From the IMG/VR virus record IMGVR_UViG_3300014911_000001, positions 64,001-128,000 of that record: DNA of 64,000 nt. One strand, given 5' to 3'. Numbering within the stretch: position 1 is the first letter of the stretch; each line of letters begins with the position of its first letter. This DNA comes from a virus. This document shows, one piece after another, positions 15,610 through 25,895 of this stretch. Position numbers and translations under genes: made by a program. Under the pieces are notes generated by a model. It did no database searches. It worked only from the letters and a program-made list of their open reading frames with translations, and had not been told where the DNA came from.

Positions 15610-16080
15610 TCACAATATAAATTGTTTCAATATGGTGCCCTTCGGTACATGTATTATGTAATGGTGAATGGTTGGTTCACCAATAGCAACTAATTTCCAC
15701 TTAGGAAATCGCGGCCTCATTTTATAAACACACACGTTACCATAATATGTGCTATCCTCTAGAATAATAGATTTGGATGCCGGGATGTATACCAATTGAA
15801 ATTCATCTCCAACCTTTTTATAAGCTACATATATCATCTTTTCCTCGATATGACCTACACCTAAGAAAAACTCTCCCCGCATGTGTTGAGATGAATTAAT
15901 CGATACGATAGTATACTCATCATCCTTATATACCTCCTTACTCAGCGACTCATATGCAAGCATCCCAAAAAGAATGGTCCCCGCATATGATGTTATCATT
16001 ACAAGTATGGAAATAATAATACTACGTGTACGCAATAAGATATACAACATAATCAATATTGGTAAAATAAACCAAATCAT
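15610..16080 (-). CDS. membrane-anchored phage protein
   Basis: GGAGG SD before MIWFILP; two TM segments then G.FFLG.G and YIIHVPKGTI. Confidence 0.7.
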   Translation of the reverse strand: MIWFILPILIMLYILLRTRSIIISILVMITSYAGTILFGMLAYESLSKEVYKDDEYTIVSINSSQHMRGEFFLGVGHIEEKMIYVAYKKVGDEFQLVYIPASKSIILEDSTYYGNVCVYKMRPRFPKWKLVAIGEPTIHHYIIHVPKGTILKQFIL

Positions 16081-16201
16081 AGCATCCTCCATATCAACAA
16101 TGTTAAACCTTTTGTTACGATTCCCCTGAATCCTTTCTAATATACTTATAGAAAACAAATCCTAATATAAGCCCCACAACAAACCAGAAGAATCCCATAG
16201 T

Positions 16202-16813
16202 TCACCTCCTTATTTTTATTATTACATCACCTTGAATTTCAAAGTCAAAGAAACAGTTAGGCGCGCGCTCCTTGAGAACCTTTAAGATATCAATAAATAC
16301 CTGCCTTATTTCCCATTGTGCTGAAGCCGCGCCCCTTAACTCTATCATATGTCTCCATTGACGGAAATTAGCGGTTACAACAATTTGCGATGCACACGCA
16401 TTAGGTAAAACGAATCTCGCATCCTCTTTAGGAATACCTAATGTCAGAAGAACGCTATATAATTTCTGTAAATATCGCATTGTTTCTTCATATAGAAGGC
16501 GGGCTTCCTCATTACCTTCTATTGAAGGAGGTACTATATAAGTGAAGCCGGCCTCCTTCACATATCTTTGCGATCGTTGCGTATAGGAACATAACCTGTG
16601 CCTAACAAGCTGATGAGTTGCTGCACGGGATATATTCTTAATAAGGAAGGTAGCAGATGCATGCTCTAATACTGATAGATGACCCCACTTTATAAGCTTA
16701 CGTATGAGTTCACCAGGTTGACCTTTGGGTTCCGATGCATGTGATACTCTACCAGCCTGCTCTATAAGCTCCTCAGCATTAGGGGTTATTGATAATAATA
16801 TTATATCAGCCAA
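16202..16813 (-). CDS. thyX: FAD-dependent thymidylate synthase
   Basis: GHLSVLEH, HQLVRHR..SYTQRSQRY, EDARFVLP, AQWEIR. Confidence 0.97.
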   Translation of the reverse strand: MADIILLSITPNAEELIEQAGRVSHASEPKGQPGELIRKLIKWGHLSVLEHASATFLIKNISRAATHQLVRHRLCSYTQRSQRYVKEAGFTYIVPPSIEGNEEARLLYEETMRYLQKLYSVLLTLGIPKEDARFVLPNACASQIVVTANFRQWRHMIELRGAASAQWEIRQVFIDILKVLKERAPNCFFDFEIQGDVIIKIRR

Positions 16814-16861
16814 CTGCTCCTCCTTTTAATGAATACATTATCATCATCTCTTGCAATCTTG

Positions 16862-17080
16862 TCAAGATTCTAACAATTCCTCATCAAATATTTTTATTAA
16901 CCGCTGCCTGCAGTCATTCCAGCCACTAAAATAAGCCTGCAATTCTCTCTCTGATTCTGATGGAATGTTTTCTTGCCGTAATCTTGCAAGCACAAAATTT
17001 TTAATGTCTTTAACCAACTCCTTCACAAACCTCTCATAGATAACTCTCTCATAATAATCATGGGATAATAACATATCCAC
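16862..17080 (-). CDS. hypothetical protein
   Basis: Strong SD; GWNDC motif; upstream TTGACA-N16-TATTAT. Confidence 0.65.
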   Translation of the reverse strand: MDMLLSHDYYERVIYERFVKELVKDIKNFVLARLRQENIPSESERELQAYFSGWNDCRQRLIKIFDEELLES

Positions 17081-17140
17081 CTCCTTTTTTTCCCACTATA
17101 ATATGCATAGAAGCCTAAATGTCAAGGTATAATTTCAAAG

Positions 17141-17830
17141 ATGAAACGAATACAACACATACTTTTACTAATAATAGTATTAATAATTATCGCTATAGGA
17201 CATCCCTTCCGTCCATTTTATGTTTTCTTCCAAGAAGGCTATAATGACACAGCATATGTGGACACTACAGATGCATGCATCCCTTGTTCAACATCATATA
17301 ATGTAACGATCTGCACAACGGCTGTCATATTATCGCTACCTATTGACACAACAGACGACACACTATGGCATGGTTACTTATTAAAGCTGTGGATAAAAGA
17401 CACTTCAGGATACACAAGCGATACATTTTATGTGAATGATACATGCTTCAGAACACTATATCAAGTAGCGCCTTGCAACATAGCGCCTACATGTTCATTG
17501 GTATGGGGGTATCATTTCTGGGTCATAAATTTAGATTGCATTAATCTACAATATGGCATCTATATAGGCGATGGTGATAGCATATGTGTCTACATCAGCA
17601 AAGATATGCAACATGGCCAGAAATGCATAGCGATAAATAGCAGCACATCAATACATCAACTAAGAGTGATAGCCGGAGATACAACACCTGTTTACATAAG
17701 TGAATTCCCTGTCATCTCACATCCAGCTTATTCAGATACATACTGGTATGACATACGTGGAAGAAGGACACTACCGTATAGAAGTGGAGTTTATCTACAT
17801 AAAAGACGGGTTATCGTAATAATAAAGTAA
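17141..17830 (+). CDS. secreted Cys-rich protein with T9SS-like C-terminal sorting domain (paralog 1)
   Basis: Signal peptide; C-terminal YDIRGRR..SGVY..RVIVIIK. Confidence 0.7.
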   Translation: MKRIQHILLLIIVLIIIAIGHPFRPFYVFFQEGYNDTAYVDTTDACIPCSTSYNVTICTTAVILSLPIDTTDDTLWHGYLLKLWIKDTSGYTSDTFYVNDTCFRTLYQVAPCNIAPTCSLVWGYHFWVINLDCINLQYGIYIGDGDSICVYISKDMQHGQKCIAINSSTSIHQLRVIAGDTTPVYISEFPVISHPAYSDTYWYDIRGRRTLPYRSGVYLHKRRVIVIIK

Positions 17831-18538
17831 TCATTTGAGGCGTACCTTCACTTTACCATCCTCTATATAAACAGTAGGTAGGGTCCCTTGAAGCCGGCGC
17901 CCTCTAAGATCAAATCTCCCTTTTAGGTAGCGAAGCCGCGGCTTCCCCTTATATTTATCATCCTCTATAATAAGACTACTTGTATCGGGCAGAACAATCC
18001 TCATAATTTGATAAAGCGCTAGATCATCATATGCGATACATTTGCGTCCCCAAATACTGCCCTTCGTTATATAAACGCATAATGAATCGCCATCTGTTAG
18101 ACTGGGAAAAGCACTATCTCCGATGTCAATGATCCAGAGATGATAACCCCAAACAGTACTACATGTTGGAGCAAGATGATCTATACAAGGCTGCACCCTC
18201 CACAAAGGTATAGATGCTGATGGACATGAATGTATGTCGCAGCTATCCCAGATGGTATCAGCAGAGCTATCATAGATGAAAAACCTGAGGGAAAAACCAT
18301 ACCATACATCATCAGTGCTATCTGTATCGGTACCCAATGATGAGATTACCTGTAGTGTACATAGATTGCGATTGAAGGAAGCCGCGCACTTCGAACAGAT
18401 ATCCATCGTATCAACATAAGCTGTATCATTATATCCTAACTGGAATAGAACAAAGAACCACCGAGGCGGCGGAGGTGGGTCAGCAGCAACCAATGATATC
18501 GCGATCGCTAATAGTATGACAATACTAATTTTCTTCAT
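17831..18538 (-). CDS. secreted Cys-rich protein with T9SS-like C-terminal sorting domain (paralog 2)
   Basis: Signal peptide; shares GYNDTAYVDT, APTCS.VWGYH.W and DGDS.CVYI with paralog 1; C-terminal FDLRGRR..VY..KVKVRLK. Confidence 0.7.
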   Translation of the reverse strand: MKKISIVILLAIAISLVAADPPPPPRWFFVLFQLGYNDTAYVDTMDICSKCAASFNRNLCTLQVISSLGTDTDSTDDVWYGFSLRFFIYDSSADTIWDSCDIHSCPSASIPLWRVQPCIDHLAPTCSTVWGYHLWIIDIGDSAFPSLTDGDSLCVYITKGSIWGRKCIAYDDLALYQIMRIVLPDTSSLIIEDDKYKGKPRLRYLKGRFDLRGRRLQGTLPTVYIEDGKVKVRLK

Positions 18539-18728
18539 CTTTATCTTTTTTAGATGGCATAAGCAATTTAGCTATAAGTACAATCACACCTACAATTACA
18601 ACACCAATTATGCCAAATGTCCCTATCAGTGCCAATGCATCCATTTCAGGACCTGTGAATGGATCCTGAGCAAAAGCGATGTTAAAGATACCAAGCGCCC
18701 ACAATATGTAATATAGTCTTGCCATCAT
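18525..18728 (-). CDS. small single-pass membrane protein with signal peptide
   Basis: AFA|Q cleavage-like site, one TM helix, charged tail. Confidence 0.6.
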   Translation of the reverse strand: MMARLYYILWALGIFNIAFAQDPFTGPEMDALALIGTFGIIGVVIVGVIVLIAKLLMPSKKDKDEEN

Positions 18729-18804
18729 TCAATAATACCTTAATCAAAACCTATTGAAAATTCCCGGAAATACGGTATAATCAGACCAAAAGAAAGGAGT
18801 ATCT

Positions 18805-20709
18805 ATGATTATAAAAGTCTCACGCAGACAAGACACAAAAACTGTTTCACAAAAGGGCTATCCTATTATAGCGGTAATATCCGGTAATACACACTTTTAC
18901 TCCGGTGGGCATTATTATATGTATGAAATAGCTGTTGCATTATCTGAACTAGGAGCCGAGGTGCATTTCATTACGAATGTGCGTCCAAGACATTTTGAAA
19001 AGGATTTCAAAGATTATGATCTCAGTAAAATTCATTGGCATGTTGACAGAAACTATAAAGCCGACCTACCTCCCTTAGATGCTGTTATTGGTTCTCCTAT
19101 CCATACAGCCCTCATAGCCGTTGATCTTGCGGGCCTACATTCATGCCCTTCAATTATTGTTGTCTATGAAACACCTAACTGGTACGCGGAATATGAGGAG
19201 GATGAACATAAATATATGCCACGAAAACCACCATTTGAGATGTTCAAGCAAGCCTTAATAGAGTGTGATCGTATTATAGCAATAAGCCATGAAGGCGCTA
19301 AATACATCCCTCAATGGGATAGCAGGATTCCACCAGATAAAATTAGTGTTATAAGACCTGCTATAAATCATAAATGTGCTAATAGATATAAAAATAAATC
19401 CGCAAGAGAACGTAGTGTTACATACATAGGTAGATTAGTATTTAACAAGCAATTTTGGGAGCTCTATGATGTTATAATGAATGATCCTGAACCATACGTA
19501 TTTCATGTTGTTACATCAACGATATCAGAAGCCGAGCGCAGAGCACACATGGGAAATGAAAAACATCCTGTCCAGTGGCATCTTAAGGTTGGTGATGATA
19601 AAAAATTCGAGATCCTATCGAAAACATCAGCCTTAATTTTACCAACCAAATTTGAGGGTTACGGTATGCCTCCACAGGAATCATTATATCTGAATACACA
19701 TACAATTGTTATGGATCTACCGGTTTTCCATAATGGGCACGCAATAAAGGATGATGCGCATTTTGTTAAGGACATGAAAGAAATTCCAAGTGTAGTACAC
19801 AAGGTACTTGGTAAGACATGTACACCTAAGGGGCACATACCGACGATGGAAGATATGAAAAGAGAGCTTCTGCAGGTTAAGGAGATACCATTTAAGTGGC
19901 GTTCCGAAGACGATATCCTCATAAGCTTTTCATGCTGCGTCTTTAACAACGCTAAACATATAAGAGAATGCATTGAAGCAATTTATGATCACGCGTATGA
20001 GATAATCATTGTTGAAGGCGCCACCGATTGGTGGGCTAACTACTTTAATAGTCCTACAGGTATTAGCACCGATGGAACACATGAAATAATTATGGACCTT
20101 GTAAAAAATGATAGCAAGGGGATTATAAAATATTATGGTCCCCTGCGTTTCCCTCATAAGGTACAGATGAGGCGTTATGCGGTAAATAAAATTGATAAAG
20201 AAGCTGTGAGAAGCGGGCGCCTCGTCTATTGGATCGTAGATGCTGATGAAATCTATACTGATGAAAGCATTAAAGCGATGAAGCGCGCCATCCTAACGCA
20301 CCAAAAAGGAATTGTTTTTCAACCAACATACAGACATCACTGGATTGATCCACGGTATGTCATAGAAGGCGGGCCATGGAGTGCACCTCATACAAGAGTC
20401 GTCGTGTGGAATAGGAAATACGGCTATCATAAGCGTGATCAATATTATGTACAGAGACATAATGAACCACTAGATGAACAAGGCATAGGGCTTAATATAA
20501 TGAGGCCAAAGTATTATGTAAGCCGCGGCTTAGGTGTATTGGTTCCCGACTGCATTGTTGACCACTATGCATATGATTACAACTTAGAGGCCAAAATGCA
20601 ATTCTATAAAGAACGCGGCGACAATGCATATAAATTAATGGTTGCTGTTATGCAATGGAAGCCTGGCAAACCATTACCAAAAGGTATTACGATCAAGCGC
20701 ATAAATTAA
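18805..20709 (+). CDS. bifunctional glycosyltransferase (GT-B/GT4 fused to GT-A/GT2)
   Basis: SGG N-motif, YIGRL..NK, EGYGMPPQE; then EIIIVEG, STDGT, VDADE; promoter TTGAAA-N16-TATAAT. Confidence 0.85.
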   Translation: MIIKVSRRQDTKTVSQKGYPIIAVISGNTHFYSGGHYYMYEIAVALSELGAEVHFITNVRPRHFEKDFKDYDLSKIHWHVDRNYKADLPPLDAVIGSPIHTALIAVDLAGLHSCPSIIVVYETPNWYAEYEEDEHKYMPRKPPFEMFKQALIECDRIIAISHEGAKYIPQWDSRIPPDKISVIRPAINHKCANRYKNKSARERSVTYIGRLVFNKQFWELYDVIMNDPEPYVFHVVTSTISEAERRAHMGNEKHPVQWHLKVGDDKKFEILSKTSALILPTKFEGYGMPPQESLYLNTHTIVMDLPVFHNGHAIKDDAHFVKDMKEIPSVVHKVLGKTCTPKGHIPTMEDMKRELLQVKEIPFKWRSEDDILISFSCCVFNNAKHIRECIEAIYDHAYEIIIVEGATDWWANYFNSPTGISTDGTHEIIMDLVKNDSKGIIKYYGPLRFPHKVQMRRYAVNKIDKEAVRSGRLVYWIVDADEIYTDESIKAMKRAILTHQKGIVFQPTYRHHWIDPRYVIEGGPWSAPHTRVVVWNRKYGYHKRDQYYVQRHNEPLDEQGIGLNIMRPKYYVSRGLGVLVPDCIVDHYAYDYNLEAKMQFYKERGDNAYKLMVAVMQWKPGKPLPKGITIKRIN

Positions 20710-21104
20710 ACATGCCGTTCAAAATGGGGTACATCCTTGAATGTCTTAAAGTTGCCACCCCATCTATTCTTCTTATTAAGACTCTCCCAGTACTCACCAA
20801 ACGGTTTAATATCATTATAGTCCCATGTTAAAACATAATATCTCCCATCCACAATAACAATCGTCTGCTCATACTTATATTTTTCACCCTCCTGTATCGG
20901 CTTAAAGAAATTAAGGTCAATAGCGAGCCGCTTCAAATGATATGAGTTCATTGTCTTACTGCGTCCTGTTTCCACATATATCCGTTGTGTCTCAGGAGAG
21001 CGCCAGAGCTCTCCCCCTGTAACAATCCAGCCTTTTTCTTCGACATACTTAATCAGTTTCACTACATCCTTCAGAAATTCCCACTGTTCCTTCACTAATG
21101 ACAT
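20706..21104 (-). CDS. M15-family peptidase endolysin
   Basis: E.WRS, SYHLKRLAID, WGGNF..FKDVPHFE. Confidence 0.9.
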   Translation of the reverse strand: MSLVKEQWEFLKDVVKLIKYVEEKGWIVTGGELWRSPETQRIYVETGRSKTMNSYHLKRLAIDLNFFKPIQEGEKYKYEQTIVIVDGRYYVLTWDYNDIKPFGEYWESLNKKNRWGGNFKTFKDVPHFERHV

Positions 21105-21387
21105 CTTCCTGAACCTCCTCTTCTTTTGGTTTCTCCTTTGACCCTTGGAAAATAAGACGATGCCCTTCGTCTTTGCTTATTAATGCGATAGTGCCTCCAA
21201 AGTCAATCTTACCAATATAATTTTCATCTTCATATTCAATATATACCCATCCAGTATGCTGCCCACTGGTGTCTACAATTTTACCATCCTCTTCGATATA
21301 GAATGCTGGATCACCACGTTGTGTAATAAGACACGCTTTATAGTTACCATAATCATAATAAAATTTGTGGAAGAATAACATATGCAC
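21049..21387 (-). CDS. hypothetical protein
   Basis: AAGGAGGTG SD. Confidence 0.65.
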   Translation of the reverse strand: MHMLFFHKFYYDYGNYKACLITQRGDPAFYIEEDGKIVDTSGQHTGWVYIEYEDENYIGKIDFGGTIALISKDEGHRLIFQGSKEKPKEEEVQEDVISEGTVGISEGCSETD

Positions 21388-21391
21388 CTCC

Positions 21392-22105
21392 TTATGTTAT
21401 AATTCCTTGTTTCACCTTTGACAAATATTCTAATAAATATCGTTCTTTTTCCCCATCTCTATTTTCTTTTGTTATTATGGGCCAGCCGCGCTTCTTACAG
21501 CTATTATTAATCCATGAGCGACGGTGGAAAATAGTAAGCCCGCGGCTTCTCATCTCATTAATAGCCTGCCTACTAAATCCACCACTGTATTTATATCCAA
21601 ACAACTCAACGAACATTCTCCGGAATTCATCATAGACATATCGTGCAATGATACTTGCCGCCGCTATTGAATAATGCGTCTCATCACCACCATAAATGCC
21701 AAATTGGGGAACACTTAATCCATCAATATCATAATAATCCACGAATACAACCGCATTACCATTATCCTTAGTGATTCGATCTACCATATTCTTAATAACA
21801 TCTAATTCGTGCTTACGATAATTGCCACCACCATCTACAATATGGAAATCACAGTAATCAACATAAACAGGAAACCTTTCCATAAGTGATAATGCCACCT
21901 TCTTGCGTTCCTTTACCGTAAGTACCTTGCAATCAGCAACAGGTATTAATGGATACTTAATAGGCGGAACAATTTTAACTGCACCCACAATAATAGGTTG
22001 CAGAGAAGAAAAGACATTTACCTCATCAAATCCAATGATAGTCATACCTTCATCAAGGTATTGTTTCTCATCAGGATCAAAATCTGTTAACCAATGCTTT
22101 TCCAT
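21392..22105 (-). CDS. rnhB: ribonuclease HII-like protein
   Basis: IGFDEV, ADCKVL, VFVD, GGD..YSIAAASIIAR, HRRSW. Confidence 0.85.
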   Translation of the reverse strand: MEKHWLTDFDPDEKQYLDEGMTIIGFDEVNVFSSLQPIIVGAVKIVPPIKYPLIPVADCKVLTVKERKKVALSLMERFPVYVDYCDFHIVDGGGNYRKHELDVIKNMVDRITKDNGNAVVFVDYYDIDGLSVPQFGIYGGDETHYSIAAASIIARYVYDEFRRMFVELFGYKYSGGFSRQAINEMRSRGLTIFHRRSWINNSCKKRGWPIITKENRDGEKERYLLEYLSKVKQGIIT

Positions 22106-22572
22106 TATTCCTCATAGACATTTTGTGTTGCCCAATACCCTAAACAAATAGCATCCGCTATATTATGGTTATCTATCTCCTGTCCTGCCAGCTCAGATGC
22201 AAGCCTCATAGAATAACGCTTGCGATCAATACGTTTCGTCTGTGACGAACATTGCAATATATTTGTCTGCCATGTCTGGGGTTGCACAACCACAGGAATC
22301 CATCCATTACACTCAAAGATTGTTGCAATAGAAGCCCGCACCTCAACCAATCTTTCAAAAGTTAAAACATTCCTCTTACTTGCCCGGGGATGAAGCCACT
22401 GACCCTCTATAACAAGCACCCGCGTACCTTTATCATATGTTGTGGATAGCTTGTGCATTTTATCCAGAAATTCTTCATCTCTATCAATCAAACCCCAGCT
22501 TTTCAAATGCCCATTCTCCCATATGCTATAACCAATGCGTTTCGTATCGGGATCAATAGCTATAATAATCAT
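22105..22572 (-). CDS. RuvC-like Holliday junction resolvase
   Basis: IAIDPD..IGYS, LVIEGQ, PQTWQ, NIADAICLG. Confidence 0.85.
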   Translation of the reverse strand: MIIIAIDPDTKRIGYSIWENGHLKSWGLIDRDEEFLDKMHKLSTTYDKGTRVLVIEGQWLHPRASKRNVLTFERLVEVRASIATIFECNGWIPVVVQPQTWQTNILQCSSQTKRIDRKRYSMRLASELAGQEIDNHNIADAICLGYWATQNVYEE

Positions 22573-23504
22573 TTCTTAAGCCTGCTTTCTATGAATTCCT
22601 TTAGGTTATCTTTATTCTGGTAAATTTCTAATGGGTAAATACCATTCTCAAGCAACCGATCAATCGAATATTTCTTACCATCAATCTTTATGGAATTACC
22701 TTCCATAGGTATACCAAAATCTGAAGCCGGCGCCAAATCAGACCACATATCAATCAAACCAATATTCGGCTCAACCAACAAAATGTGATTCTTGCCCTCA
22801 ATGATACTTGATGTTTTAGTTTTGACAATCGTAATCTTCACTGTGTCAAACTTGTATTTACCACTTATACGGTGGAAAAATAGTTTCAAATGATAAAGAT
22901 GCTTTAACAAGTAAGGACCCGGCTCCCTATAACTCATATAAGCTTTGGTATATCTAGTAACCTGTCCACCTATGAGATCCCTTATCTGGTTTATAATAAT
23001 CGCAAGAATTTCCTTTTCACCTATTGCTGGGGCCCATACTTTAAGCTCGCGGCTTAGTAAGCGCGCCAGCTCTGATACCTTCTGCTCCTGCGGCTTTGCT
23101 CTCTTCTCAAATTCAGTACTCATAGCAACAGCACTATCAAAGACAAACCCAACAATATCATCCAGATGTTTGGCATAAACATCACGTATATCTTCAAATA
23201 TCTCCTCAGCTGTTGAACCACGTATAACAATCATTTCATCAAGCTTGCAACCTTGGATCTCAGCCCATCTCCCATCAAACATGCGCTCTGCATCAACATA
23301 GACAGTAAGCCCGCCCTTCTTCTGTTCCTGCAGAAGACCTACTAAAGCAAGAGCCAATGTTGTCTTACCAGTAGAAGGACCACCCCAAAATCCTATGAAC
23401 CTGCCTAACGGTATGCCATATAACGCTTTCGCCATAAAGGGGAAACGGGCTGATAAATCTAAGTACTTAGTACTTGATAGTTCAGTCGCTTTTATTATTG
23501 CCAT
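22569..23504 (-). CDS. RecA/UvsX-like recombinase
   Basis: GIPLGR, GGPSTGKTT, YVDAE, VFDS, INQIR. Confidence 0.9.
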   Translation of the reverse strand: MAIIKATELSSTKYLDLSARFPFMAKALYGIPLGRFIGFWGGPSTGKTTLALALVGLLQEQKKGGLTVYVDAERMFDGRWAEIQGCKLDEMIVIRGSTAEEIFEDIRDVYAKHLDDIVGFVFDSAVAMSTEFEKRAKPQEQKVSELARLLSRELKVWAPAIGEKEILAIIINQIRDLIGGQVTRYTKAYMSYREPGPYLLKHLYHLKLFFHRISGKYKFDTVKITIVKTKTSSIIEGKNHILLVEPNIGLIDMWSDLAPASDFGIPMEGNSIKIDGKKYSIDRLLENGIYPLEIYQNKDNLKEFIESRLKK

Positions 23505-23519
23505 CTTAAACCCCCTTTA

Positions 23520-25895
23520 TCAATCACACTTCCCACCATACCCACACTTTGGACATGGGTTATTACAATCAAACGCATATTCAACACCTCTAGTTATAAT
23601 TTTATAACCACACATGGGGCATACATTTATTATAGCATCATCGGGTACCTCACCATCTGGTAGAGCACCATTATACATATTTGACGCTTCCTGCACAGCC
23701 TTCTTGCGTTGCTCATATTCCTCCTCAGGTGTAATACCACGCAGGAAATATTTTAGTGCTAATCCCCAGAATCCCACAGGAGATGCAATCTTGTGTCCTT
23801 TATACCATGTCATACCATCAGCAGATTTTATGCTTGCAAACTCATTAATAATACGATCAACGACACGATGATATAATTCTTCATCTCCAAGGGCATAAAT
23901 CTGCTTAAGGAATATCGATGTGATCACATCTAGAGCAATAATAAAATCCGAATGTGGTATATCCTTACTACCCAAGAAGATTTCCAGTGGTTTACCCTCA
24001 ACACCCGCTACGATAAGATAATAGTTTTGGTCCCTATAAGGGAACTTATAAGCCTTTGCATCAAGTGTATCAGGCCTCTTCCAATCAGATAAAAAGAGGA
24101 ACTTGCTCTTCTTCTTACCACTCCTTATTACAGCCTGCCGGCTTCCTTCTCTGAACACAGTTATACCCTTTACCCCATTTTTCCAAGCATCAATAAAGAA
24201 GCGCGACAGATCATCCGTTGTCCATTGAGCTGGTATCGTATATGTATTGCTAATAGCATTATCGATATGTTTCTGTATTGCCGCATGGATGGCTAATTTA
24301 TCATAAGGATCAACATCATGCGCTGTAACCATATATGGTGCATTCACATCATAACCATCAGTATTTTCTACCCATTCATATATAGGTTGCTTAAATTTCA
24401 TCATCTTATTGAAGCTCTCGCTCCACCGTTCGATCTCAAAATAAAAAATTGGCTCAAATGCTGCATTAACCCCTGTCAATAATGATATCGACCCCGTCGG
24501 CGGCACAGTTAACAACGCAACATTCCTTATACCATGTTCAGCTACCTGCATCATAAAGTCCTTATTAAAATGCTTTTTGATAAATAGCGCCTGCTCAACA
24601 TAATCCTCGTATGAACCATCCTTTTTAAACTGTTCAACAGCAGGCGCAGGGCCTAACTGCTGGGCGAGCTTAACAGATTCATCATATGCTATATTACATA
24701 TAAATTCAGCTATGCGCTCGGCTTCCCTAACAGACTTAAGGGTACCATATTTAATGCGCTTAATAATAAAATAATCAGCCAGTCCCATAAACCCTATACC
24801 AACCCGCCTCTCAAATTGAGCCTGCTCCTTTACCTTATCTATAGGATAATATGCCCTGTCAATAATAGCATCACCTAATCTAACGGCAAATCGCACCGTT
24901 TGTTCCAACTTTTTCCAATCCATACGGCGGGTAGACAGATCCACATGAGCAACAAGATTGACGCTTAAGAGGTTACAAACGGAATAAGCCGGCAGCATCT
25001 GTTCCCCACACGGATTGCTTGTAGCAATCTTTGCATAGCCTGATGAATTTGATGTGCGTTCGACATTGTCTATAAAAATAAGCCCCGGCTCCGCTGACTC
25101 CCATGCAGTCCTTACAATCGTATCCCATAACTTCTTCGCCCTTATACTACGCTGGACCTTCACAACATCATTTTTGAATGATAGAGTGAAGTCATCATCA
25201 GAAATCATAGCATCCATAAACTCATCTGTTACCTTAACAGATATGTTAGCATAGCGTACCTGAAGCCGGCTTAATATATACCTCACAAAATCGGCCTCCT
25301 CATCATCAACATTCAGAAGAGTAAAATAACTCTCCATCGCATTGTTTAAATCACACTTCATTTTTACGAATCGCTCGATATCAGGATGTGTTATGTCAAG
25401 ACTTATCAACAGAGCTCCACGACGCCCGCTCTGACCAACCAATCCCGTAACAGCAGAATATAACTCAGCCCAGCTCCATGCACCCGTAGAGACCTTCGCA
25501 GATCCTGTATGAACCTTTGCACCCTCAGGACGTAGCGTTGATATATCTATACCACATCCACCACCTGATTTATAAACGATTGCCAATTCCTTCGCCGTAT
25601 CAAAAATGCCCTCCATGCTATCCTCTGGTGATGCTATGACATAACAGTTAAATGGCGTTATACGTTGTTCAACACTCCTTCCAGCCGCATACAAAACACG
25701 ACCGCCAGGAACAAGCCGCCAGCTTAAGTTACCATCATCATCAAAAAAGATGTTATCTGTCTCTATAGGATATGGTTTAAGGAAATAATCATATACACGC
25801 TGAAAGATTGACTCGATTGGTTCATCAGGTTCTGCCTGATATTTTTTGGCTATCGTATCTCTTATGGTCTTATACTCATCAGATATTGGAATCAT
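23520..25895 (-). CDS. nrdJ: class II (B12-dependent) ribonucleotide reductase with C-terminal zinc ribbon
   Basis: PGGRVL, FNCYV, GGGCG, RRGA, AEPG, NPCGEQ, PTGSIS, KGITVFR; no nrdB in the window. Confidence 0.9.
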   Translation of the reverse strand: MIPISDEYKTIRDTIAKKYQAEPDEPIESIFQRVYDYFLKPYPIETDNIFFDDDGNLSWRLVPGGRVLYAAGRSVEQRITPFNCYVIASPEDSMEGIFDTAKELAIVYKSGGGCGIDISTLRPEGAKVHTGSAKVSTGAWSWAELYSAVTGLVGQSGRRGALLISLDITHPDIERFVKMKCDLNNAMESYFTLLNVDDEEADFVRYILSRLQVRYANISVKVTDEFMDAMISDDDFTLSFKNDVVKVQRSIRAKKLWDTIVRTAWESAEPGLIFIDNVERTSNSSGYAKIATSNPCGEQMLPAYSVCNLLSVNLVAHVDLSTRRMDWKKLEQTVRFAVRLGDAIIDRAYYPIDKVKEQAQFERRVGIGFMGLADYFIIKRIKYGTLKSVREAERIAEFICNIAYDESVKLAQQLGPAPAVEQFKKDGSYEDYVEQALFIKKHFNKDFMMQVAEHGIRNVALLTVPPTGSISLLTGVNAAFEPIFYFEIERWSESFNKMMKFKQPIYEWVENTDGYDVNAPYMVTAHDVDPYDKLAIHAAIQKHIDNAISNTYTIPAQWTTDDLSRFFIDAWKNGVKGITVFREGSRQAVIRSGKKKSKFLFLSDWKRPDTLDAKAYKFPYRDQNYYLIVAGVEGKPLEIFLGSKDIPHSDFIIALDVITSIFLKQIYALGDEELYHRVVDRIINEFASIKSADGMTWYKGHKIASPVGFWGLALKYFLRGITPEEEYEQRKKAVQEASNMYNGALPDGEVPDDAIINVCPMCGYKIITRGVEYAFDCNNPCPKCGYGGKCD

